Shown piece after piece: positions 10,380 through 20,052 of a stretch of DNA of 36,471 nt. This stretch comes from Chiloscyllium plagiosum (lineage: Eukaryota). Position numbers and translations under genes: made by a program. The notes under the pieces are model-generated. The model did no database searches, was not told where the DNA came from, and saw only the letters and a list, made by a program, of their open reading frames with translations. How positions within the stretch are numbered: position 1 is the stretch's first letter; each line of letters starts with the position of its first letter. The stretch covers positions 208,645 to 245,115 of the forward strand of contig NW_025215380.1 in assembly GCF_004010195.1 (NCBI RefSeq). The letters run 5' to 3'.

Positions 10380-11305
10380 TAGGTGTGGTTAAGAGGACAT
10401 TGAGCGCACTTACCTTCATTGCTCAATCCTTTGTGTAGGAATTGGGACGTCATGTTGAGGTTGTACAGGACATTGCTAAGGCCTCTTCTGGAGTACTGTC
10501 TGCGACTGGCTGCCCTGTTATAGGAAGGATATTATCAAGTACAGAGGGTTCAGAAGAGACTTACCAGCATGTTCCTGGGTATGGAAGGTTTGAGTTGTAA
10601 AGAAAGGCTGGAACTTTTTTCATTGGAGTGTTGGAGGTTGGAGGTTTATAAAATCCAGAGAGGCGTGGATAGGGTTAATGGTAGTTGTCTTCCTCCTAGG
10701 ATGGGGATTTTAAGACTCAATGAGACATATTTTTAACTTAAAAATCACACCACACCAGGTTATAGCCCAACAGGTTTCATTGGAAACACTAGCTTTTGGA
10801 GAGCTGCTCCTTCATGTGGTTGTGGAGTATAAGACCATAAGACACAGAATTTATGGCAAAAGTTTACAGTATTGAGCAAACCTGGATTGTTAGGTCTTTC
10901 ATCTTTTAGAATGGGTTGCAGGTCACCTTAAGGTGATTTAAAAGAAGTTCTGGAGTTTGTATTAATGAAATGAAACCTGCGACCATTCTTAAAGATTTTT
11001 AACTTTGTCCGCCCCAGTCCAACAACAACTCCTCCACCTCCCCTTTTCTAGGTGAGAGGAGAGATTTTTAAAAAGACATTAGGCAAACATCTTGAGGATG
11101 GTTTACATTTGGAATGAACCTTGAGAAATTGGTGGATGCAGCTACAGTTACAATATTTAAAAGCCACTTAGATCAGTTCATGAATAGGAAATGTTTGGAG
11201 GGATATGGGTCAGGAGTAGGGGTAGATGGGATTAGTTTAGTTTTGGATTATGGTCAGCATGATTGGTTGGACAGATGGGTCTGTTTCCATGCTGTATGAC
11301 TCTGA
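10380..11305 (+). mobile_element. HER1/CR1 LINE 3' part, interrupted by a PLE at 10735-11045
   Basis: gttgaggttgtacaggacattgctaaggcctcttctggagtactg...; resumes ggtgagaggagagatttt at 11051; tail gggtctgtttccatgctgtatgactct. Confidence 0.9.
10735..11045. mobile_element. Short non-autonomous PLE-derived insertion with inverted segments
   Basis: aaaaatcacaccacaccaggttatagcccaacagg...ctagcttttggagagctgctccttcat (reverse pLTR with decayed hammerhead) and end tttttaactttgtccgccccagtccaac. Confidence 0.8.
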
Positions 11306-11351
11306 CATAAGTTCCTAAGAAATGGGAGTAGGAGTAAAGTAAAACCGTTTA

Positions 11352-11500
11352 TTTTGATTCGGAGATGCCGGTGTTGGACTGGGGTGTACAAAGTTAAAAA
11401 GCACACAACACCAGGTTATAGTCCAACAGGTTTAATTGGAAGCACACTAGCTTTCGGAGCGACGCTCCTTCAATCACCTGATATTGTGATTTTTAACTTT
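11352..11500 (-). mobile_element. PLE pLTR fragment with short inverted end
   Basis: ggagatgccggtgttggactggggtgtacaaagttaaaaa...ctagctttcggagcgacgctccttca (reverse of tgaaggagcgtcgctccgaaagctag hammerhead stem II/III). Confidence 0.85.
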
Positions 11501-11929
11501 TTTTGTTTGCCTTCACTTGTGAAGGCTTTGAGACCCTGAAGCCACCTTGTGGAGCTGCTACTCACTGGGTATAAATAGTAGTGTGGGTGGAGTAGAGGTG
11601 GAAGAGAAATGCACAGATTAGGTTGAAGCCTGAAGTTTAGTGTTGAATGTTAAGACAGGAAGTAAGCAGAGTGGACAGATTTAACCTTTGGTGGTAGTTT
11701 ATGGAAAAGTCTTTCAGTAATCCAAGATTTGATGATTGGTGTATCTCTAAATACCATGCATCATCGTGCTAAGATGTTATAACTAAGCCCAGTATTGAAG
11801 ATCATTCTTGACCAGTCTATCTTGAATCCAAACCCATTTGATGTGAGTGTAAAGCCACCATCTGACAAAAAAAATTTGGAACATACAGAAACATTGCTAG
11901 GGATGAGACAAGAGAATGGGGTGAGGTGG

Positions 11930-13825
11930 AGGCAGGTAGGAAAAGTAATATTGGAGAAACTAATGGGACAGTATTTTTGAAGATCCCCCAAGGCTGTTGA
12001 AGATATCTACAGAGATGGCGGATACATAATTAATCATCATCCCAAATTCTACAGACTCTGGTTTGTTTCCTGCAGACTGAAAGGTAGCCCCTTGTTTAAG
12101 GAGGGAGAAAACTGGAGGCTTCCAACTTATTCCTAACTCAGTTAGAAAAGGGAGTCTCCTGTTTTAAAATGTGGGAACCAGATACTTTGGAAATAATGGT
12201 CTGTTTGGGTGAGTCAAATCGAATTTATGAAAGGGAGATGTTTGACAAACTTATTCCCATCTTTGTTACTGGTGGAGTAGACAATGGGGATTATCCAGTG
12301 GGTGAGGTGTCATTTTCTTCCTTTGGAAGGATTTTGATCAGGTCCAATACAGGAGGTTAGTGAACAAGATTACTAGCACTTTCTCAGGTTAATAGATAAA
12401 CGGACAGAAAACCGTGGGAATAAACTGGTCATTCTGATTTCGGGCAGATCAAGAGCTAGTTTGGTACTACCAGGATCAGTGCTTTGCACCCCAACTCCTT
12501 GGTCTATTTCAATTATCTGGCTGTAACATTTCCAACTTAGCACGTGAGGGTTGATTGCATGTTAACTCTGTTGTGGGATCGTTACTATCCTTGGCCCTTA
12601 TCATGCTGTTTCAGGATCTTCTTGCATTTCGGATGAATGGTTACATCTACACAGATTTAAGTTTAAACATAACCTCCATTACCAGGCAGTGTTCTCAAGC
12701 CTCAATTTACAATGGGTACCAATGATTGGGATGAGGAGACCAAATGTAGGGTAGTTAAAGTTGATGATGAAAAAATAAGCCACAAGGTGGCAGAGTCTGA
12801 GGATAGAGAGGGGAAGGGTGGTTGGGGTTGGGGGGGCGGGAGGGGGAGGATTGGTAGAGTGTAATTTGATAGATAGATAACTTACAGTGTGGAAACAGGC
12901 CCTTCGGCCCAACAAGTCCACACCGACCCGCTGAAGCGTAACCCACCCATTCCCCTACATTTACCCCTTTACCTAACACTACGGGCAATTTAGCATGGCC
13001 AATTCACCTGACCTGCACATCTTTGGACTGTGGGAGGAAACCGGAGCACCCGGAGGAAACCCACGCAGACATGAGGAGAATGTGCAAACTCTACACAGTC
13101 AATCGCCTGAGTCGGGAATTGAACCCGGGTCTCTGGCGCTGTGAGGCAGCAGTGCTCGGGTCTCTGGCGCTGTGAGGCAGCAGTGCTAACCACTGTGCCA
13201 CCGTGCCGCCCAAATTTGAATTTGATTGTTCCCATTTTTGTTGGGAAGAATAAAGCAGTTTACTTTAAGTGCGGAGGGGTCTGGATGGCTGGATATTTGA
13301 ATCACAATGGGTTTGCAGATACAGCAGGTGACCAATATTGCTAACAAAGTTTGTTTTACTGCACGGGGAGAGGAATATCAATGGTCCTCCTTTTCTTATT
13401 GCAGCTATGTCTTCACTGCACTGTTTTAGTCTCCTGTGTTTTAGAGGCAGTTCAGGGAAAGGCTCATTGCTGGGATAAAAGGAAGGATGTTTCCACATGC
13501 TAGGCCTGTATCTGTTGGCGTTTCAAGAGGGGATTCTCGATGAAAAGTCAGGTCCCAAACAGTCTTGAGAGGGTGAATGCTGAAATGGTGGCTGGGTGTG
13601 GGGGTCACAGCTTTTAAAAATGAGGTCCCTCTTTTATAATGGAAACGGGGAGAGTTTTAAGTTTTACACTCTTTGACAACTAATTCACAAAACTGAAATA
13701 ATCCTTCCCAGAGCGTGATGGAGGTCACTGAATGTGTTCGAGGTGGAATTTTCTGAGCAAGATTTGTGTGGAGTTGAGGTCACAACTGGTGATCTCTATC
13801 TGAATGACTGTAAGGACTGAATCCT
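11930..13825 (+). mobile_element. Old, heavily decayed CR1 LINE remnants (RT to 3' end), discontinuous; HE1 inside
   Basis: Patchy matches: cccaaattctacagactctgg, tttatgaaagggagatgtttgacaaactt, ggtactaccaggatcagtgctttgcacccc, later gcagttcagggaaaggctca and ggactgaatcct. Confidence 0.6.
12868..13211 (-). mobile_element. HE1 SINE, full length, with an internal 31-bp duplication
   Basis: Near-perfect reverse complement of the 7409-7721 copy; cgggtctctggcgctgtgaggcagcagtgct duplicated at 13126-13156 and 13157-13187. Confidence 0.95.
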
Positions 13826-13924
13826 GCAAGTCTGAGCCACCCTGGTAAAGAAACAAGGGTGACATTGTCTCTCCCTCACTGTGCCTTTTTAATACTGTTT
13901 AAGGAAGCCTGACAGTTAGTATGG

Positions 13925-14012
13925 CTGAGGTAAAAACAATGACTGCAGATGCTGGAAACCAGATTCTGGATCAGTGGTGCTGGAAGAGCACAGCAATTCA
14001 GGCAGCATCCGA
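13925..14012 (-). mobile_element. PLE 3' terminal fragment
   Basis: gactgcagatgctggaaaccagattctggatcagtggtgctggaagagcacagcaattcaggcagcatccga is homologous to the arms at 17428-17648. Confidence 0.75.
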
Positions 14013-14078
14013 GTGAGTTCCTCTGTACAAGGGGAACAGTGTTCTTGTGTTCACAAATTACTTTGCTGTCACCTCCAG

Positions 14079-14210
14079 GTCTCTGCTACAAAGGAAAATC
14101 ACAGCAGGCTGGGCGAAGACTACCTTGATGATACCCTGGAGTATTTACTGGATGAAGTGGAGATTCCCCACATAATCTCTCCGGGTGATAACAAGTTTAG
14201 CCAGAGTTGA
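14079..14210 (+). CDS. Candidate terminal coding exon (VSATKENHSRLGEDYLDDTLEYLLDEVEIPHIISPGDNKFSQS*)
   Basis: Acceptor ctttgctgtcacctccag; phase 0 frame open to tandem stops TGA TAA; AATAAA at ~14690. Confidence 0.4.
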   Translation, partial: VSATKENHSRLGEDYLDDTLEYLLDEVEIPHIISPGDNKFSQS

Positions 14211-15765
14211 TAAGTGCTGTACGATGTGAACAACGCTCTAAATTTATATTCCAAACTTCTTGAGCTGAATTTTAATTTGTTTGCACCTCCTACCCCACCT
14301 CCACTTCTGTTGTGTATTAGCACTCTTGCTCTCAGACACTTATTTTCATGTACATTTCAGACACCCATCCTAAAGCTAAGTTGGGCAGATTTTTAATTGA
14401 CTGGGGAGTCTAGACTTTCAGGAGATGGGAAAAGTTGGAGTTTAAGCTACAAGCCAACCTGTCATGATGCTGTACTGTAACAGAGCTGCCTTTACACCCA
14501 GACTATATCACAACGTGGCAAGTTTTCCACAACCTAACCACTTTGATTTTGTTTTAACTAACTGCCACCAGGAAAACACCAGTGTGGACAATTAACTATT
14601 TACAATCCGAGCTCATTATGTGCCAAGCGAATCCTCAAAACTGAGGGGGAGAGGGGAAAGGAGTTCAATCAGAATAGAGTTGGAGGTGGAAATAAAGCTC
14701 TGTATCCTCATGGTGCCCATCTCTCTCCAGCCAGAGGATATTCAATGGAAATATTTCCAAAAATATCAAGGCACAAACATTGAGGTAGAGCAGGCTTGGG
14801 GCTAGGCCTCAACTGGTCTCCTGCTTCTAATCCATCGTAACAAAGCCAAGGTTTTAAAGAGATTTTTACATCAAAGGGGTTGCACATGCCTCATTTTTAA
14901 CCGAAAAAACCAAACCAGACCATCTGTGTGGAGCTGCAGGTCAAGGGGTGAGATACTAAACAAATATTTCACATCAGTGTTTACTATGGAGAAGGATATG
15001 GAAGTGAGGGAACTTGGGAAAGTAAATAGTAATCTCCTTAGAGTACCCACATTATAGGGGAGGAGGTGCTGGGCATCTTAACACAAGGGTGGATAAATCT
15101 CCAGGACCTGATCAGGTACTCAGTACTTTGTGGGAAGCTGGGGAAGTGATTGCTGGGCCCCTTGCCTTGTATCATCTCATGGCTATCGATGATACAGGTG
15201 AGGTGCTAGAAGACTGAAGGGTGGCTAATGTGGTGGTGCTGCTATCTAAGGCTGTAAGAAAAAGCCAGGGAACAACAGACTGCTGAGCCTGATGTGTGGA
15301 GGGTAAGTTGTTGGAGGCAATCCTGAGGGAGAGGATTTGCATGTATTTGAAAAGGCAAGGACTTATTGTGAATTGTCAGCATGGTTTTGTGTGGGAAGTC
15401 ATGTCTCACTAACTTGAGTTTGTTTTTCAATTGATAAGATTGAAGACAGTGGATATTGTCTACATGGACTTCCATAAGGCATTCGACAAGGTTCCCCAAG
15501 GTTAGCAAGGTTAGATCATGTGGAATACAGGGAGAACCAACACTTTGGATACAGAACTGGCTTAAAGGTAGAAGACAGAGGGTGGTGGAGGGTTGCTTTT
15601 CAGACTGGAGGCCTGTAACCAATGGTGTGCCACAAGGATCAGTGCTGGGTCCACAACTTTTCGTCATTATATAAATGATTAACTATACTTATGTTAGTAA
15701 ATAATTGCAGATGACACCCAAATTGGAGGTGTAGTGGTCAGTGAAGAAGTTTAACTCAGTACAAG

Positions 15766-17211
15766 AAATAGATAAGTCCCCTGGACTGGATGGTATTTAT
15801 CCTAGGATTCTCTGGGAAGCCAGGGAGGTTTTGATCTTTGTCATCATTGTCTACAGGAATAGTGCCAGAAGATTGAACGATAGCAAATGTTCCCTTCAAG
15901 AAGGGGAGTAGAGACAACCCTGGTAATTATAGACCGATGAGCCTTACTTCGGTTTGTGGGTAAAGGATTATAAGAGAATGTACAATCTCGAAAGGAATAA
16001 ATTGATTAGGGATAGTCTACCGTACATGGTTTTGTGAAGAGAAGGTTGTGCCTCACAAACCTTATTAAGCTCTTTGAGAAGATGACCAAACAGGTGGATG
16101 AGGGTAAAGTGGTTGATGTGGTGTATATGGATTTCAGTAAGGCATTTGATAAGGTTCCCCATGGTAGGCTATTGCACTGAGGCATGGGATTGAGGGTGAT
16201 TTAGCAGTTTAGATCAGAAATCGGCTAGCTGAAAGAAGACAGAGGGTGCTGGTTGATGAGACATGTTCATCCTGGATTTCAGCTACTAGTAGTATACTGC
16301 AAGGGCCACTGCTATTTGTCATTTTTTTATAAATGACCTGGATGAGGGCATAGAAGGATGGATTAGTAAATTTACAAATGACCCTAAGTTCAGGAGAGTT
16401 GTGGATAATGATGAAGGATGTAGGTTACAGACAGACACAAGCTGTAGAGCTGGACTGAGAGGTGGCAAATGGAGTGAAATATGGAAAAGTGAGATGATTC
16501 ACTTTGGAAGGAGTAACAGGAATGCAGAGTACTGGGCTAATGGTAAGATTCTTGGTATATAGATGAGCAGAGATTGGTGTTGATGTACATAGATCGCTGA
16601 AAGTTGCCACCCAGGTTCTTAGGATTGTTAAGAAGGCATACAGTGTGTTAGCTTTTATTGGTCAAGGGATTGAGTTTCAGAACCATGAGGTCATGCTGCA
16701 GCTGTACAAAACTCTGGTGTCGCCACATTACGAGTATTGCATATAGTTCTGGTCACCGTATTGTAGGAAGGATATGGAAGCTTTGGAAAGGATTCCGTAG
16801 GGATTTACCACAATGTTGCCTGGTGTGGAAGGAAGGTCTTATGGGGAATGGTTGAGGGACTTGAGGCTGTTTCTGTTAGAAAGAAGGTTGAGATTTGATT
16901 TAATTGAGTCATCTGATAATCAGAGGGTTAGATAGTGGACAGTGAGCCTTTTTCCTCAGATGGTGTTAGCTAGCACGAGGGGACATAGCTTTAAATTGAG
17001 GGGTGATAGATATAGGACAGATGTCAGAGGTAGGTTCTTTACTCAAATAGGAGTAGGGGCATGGAACACACTGCCTGCAACGATTTGCCAATTTTAAGGG
17101 CATTTAAATGGTCATTGGATTGGCATATGGCTGAGAATGGAATACTGTAGGTTAGATTGGTTTCACAGGGTGGTGCAACATAGAGGGCCTGTACTGCACT
17201 GTGATCTATGT
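15766..17211 (+). mobile_element. CR1 LINE 'B' (5'-truncated, RT to 3' tail) nested in element A
   Basis: Starts at aagtcccctggactggatgg (KSPG.DG), includes VDVVYMDFSKAFDKVPHG, ends gagggcctgtactgcactgtgatctatgttct. Confidence 0.9.
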
Positions 17212-17425
17212 TCTTGATCAGATGGGCCAATGGGCTAAAGTGGCAGATGGAGTTTAATTTAGATAATTGAGGTGCTGAATTTTGTAAAGGTAAAACCGAG
17301 CAGGACTTGTACACCTTAATGGTAAGGTCCTGGGGAGTGTTGCTGAACAAAGACCTTGGAGTGCAGGTTCATAGTTCCTTGAAAGTGGAGTTGAAATCAA
17401 ACAGGATAATGAAGGAGACACATAG

Positions 17426-17648
17426 GGGTCAAGAGTGGGGTGCTGGAAAAGCACAGTTGGTCAGGCAGCATCCGAGGAGCAGGAGCATTGATGTTTTGAG
17501 CATAAGCTCTTCATCAATATTCCTGATGAAGAGCTTATGCTCAACGTCATTTCCCCTGCTGCTCTGATGCTGCCTGACCTGCTGTGCTTTTCCAGCACCC
17601 CACTCTTGACTCTGATCTCCAGCATCTGCAGTCCTCACTTTCTCCTAG
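17426..17648. mobile_element. PLE-derived palindromic insertion (two inverted pLTR ends)
   Basis: Arm 17428-17516 is the reverse complement of 17524-17610; both carry tgatgaagagcttatgctc hammerhead remnants. Confidence 0.9.
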
Positions 17649-18691
17649 TAGAGTACATTTGGGTTATTGGTCAATGCATAGAATATAGGAGCTGGGAGGT
17701 CATGTGGCTGTACAGAACATTGGGTATTCCACTTTTGGAATACTGCATTCAATTCCAGTCTCTCTGCTATAGGAAGGATGCTGTGAAACTTGAAAGGGTT
17801 CAGAAAAGATTTACAAGGATATTGTTAGGGTTGGAGGGTTTGAGCTGTAGGGATAGACTGGGGCTGTTTTCCCTGGAGTATCAGAAGTTGACAGGTTATC
17901 TTGGAGATCTATAAAATCATGAGGGGCATGGATAGGATAAATAGACAAAGTCTCTTCCCTGGGCTGGGGAGTTGAGAACTAGCTGGGCATAGGTTTAGGG
18001 TGAGAGGGGAAAGATTTAAAAGGAACAGACTGATGGTTAGAGGGGATGGGGTGGCCCCGTTGATAAGGAATGATATTCAGCCCCTTGTGCAGGAGGACCT
18101 AGAATCGGGATGTAGAGTCAGTATGGATAGAGCTGAGAAATTCAAAGGGTAGAAAGACCCTCATGGGAGTTATCTACAGGCCCCCAAACAGTAGTCTGGA
18201 TGTAGGGTGTAAGTTGAATAAGGAGCTGAAATTGGCCTGTCACAAAGATATTACTATAGTTATGGGGGAATTTCAACATGCAGGTAGACTGGGAGAATCA
18301 GGATGGTATGGACCTCAAGAAAGAGACTTTGTGGAGTGCCTCCGAGATGGATTCTTAGAACAGCTGGTGCTTGAGCCGACCAGGAAGAAGGAAATTCTAG
18401 ATCTGGTATTGTGCAACGAACCAGAATTGATCAGGGACCTCGAAGTGAAGGAGCCATTGGGAAGTAGTGACCATAATACAATAAGCTTCAATCTGCAATT
18501 TGAGGGAGAGGGTACAATCTCGGAAGTGACAATATTTCAGTTGAATAAAGGGAACTATGGAGCTATGAGGGAGGAGCTGACCAAAGTTCAATGGTGCAAT
18601 ACCTTAGCAGGGATGACAGTGGAGGAACAATGGCAAATATTTCTGGGTATAATGCAGAAGATGCAGGACCAGTTCATTCCAAAAAGGAAGA

Positions 18692-19212
18692 NNNNNNNNN
18701 NNNNNNNNNNNNNNNNNNNNNNNNNNNNNNNNNNNNNNNNNNNNNNNNNNNNNNNNNNNNNNNNNNNNNNNNNNNNNNNNNNNNNNNNNNNNNNNNNNNN
18801 NNNNNNNNNNNNNNNNNNNNNNNNNNNNNNNNNNNNNNNNNNNNNNNNNNNNNNNNNNNNNNNNNNNNNNNNNNNNNNNNNNNNNNNNNNNNNNNNNNNN
18901 NNNNNNNNNNNNNNNNNNNNNNNNNNNNNNNNNNNNNNNNNNNNNNNNNNNNNNNNNNNNNNNNNNNNNNNNNNNNNNNNNNNNNNNNNNNNNNNNNNNN
19001 NNNNNNNNNNNNNNNNNNNNNNNNNNNNNNNNNNNNNNNNNNNNNNNNNNNNNNNNNNNNNNNNNNNNNNNNNNNNNNNNNNNNNNNNNNNNNNNNNNNN
19101 NNNNNNNNNNNNNNNNNNNNNNNNNNNNNNNNNNNNNNNNNNNNNNNNNNNNNNNNNNNNNNNNNNNNNNNNNNNNNNNNNNNNNNNNNNNNNNNNNNNN
19201 NNNNNNNNNNNN
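18692..19212. other. Assembly gap (521 N)
   Basis: Run of N. Confidence 1.
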
Positions 19213-19744
19213 AAGGGAGATCCAGTGGATGTAGTGTGCCTGGACTTTCAGAAAGTTTTTGATAAAGTCCCACAGGAGGTTAGTGAGCAAAATTAGGGCG
19301 CATGGTATTCAGGGCAAAATACTGACTTGGATTGAAAGTTGGTTGGCTGACAGGAAACAAAGAGTAGTAATAAACGGCTCAATTTCGGAATGGTAGGTAG
19401 TGACCAGTGGGGTACCGCAGGGATCAGTGCTGGGACCGCAGCTTTTTACAATATGCCTATAGATGATAGTATTAAAAGTATTATTAGCAAATTTGCTGAT
19501 AATACAAAGCTGGGTGGCTGGGAGGAGGATGTTAGGAGATTACAGGGTGACCTGGACAGGCTAGGTGAGTGGACAGATGCATGGCAGATGCAGTTTAATG
19601 TGGATAAATGTATGGTTATCCACTTTGGCAAGAACAGGAAGGCAGATTACTACCTAAATGGAGTCCAGTTAGGTAAAGGGGCAGGACAACGAGATCGAGG
19701 TGTTCTTGTACATCAGTCAATGAAAGCAAGCATGCAGGTCCAGT

Positions 19745-20052
19745 GGGCAGCACGGTGGCACAGTGGTTAGCACTGCTGCCTCACAGTGCCAGAGACCTGG
19801 GTTCAATTCCTGCCTCAGGTGACTGTGTGGAGTTTGCATATTCTCCCTGTATCTGCGTGGGCTTCCTCCGGGTGCTCCAGTTTCCTCCAGTCCAAAAGAT
19901 GTGCAGGTTAGGTGAATTGGCCATGCTAAATTGCCTGTAGTGTTAGGTGAAGGGGTAAATGTAGGGGAATGGGTCAGGGTGGGTTACACTTCGGCGGGTC
20001 GGTGTGGACTTGGTGGGCCGAAGGGCCTGTTTCCACACTAAGTAATCTTAAA
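19745..20052 (+). mobile_element. HE1 SINE, full length, inserted in CR1 element C
   Basis: gggcagcacggtggcacagtggttagcac...gggccgaagggcctgtttccacactaagtaatct; host resumes agctaatagcatgctggcc. Confidence 0.95.

Noticed and set aside
10245..10380. C/D snoRNA (TGATGA ... CTGA)
   Set aside because: No terminal stem or recognisable rRNA guide; TGATGA is explained by the Asp codons of the candidate exon
12614..12720. Additional + exon DLLAFRMNGYIYTDL...
   Set aside because: Acceptor is plausible but the available donors are weak and not phase-compatible with 14079; not supportable without reads
18163..19296. 377-aa ORF as an intact gene
   Set aside because: CR1 endonuclease fragment with local frameshifts; its length is inflated by translation through Ns
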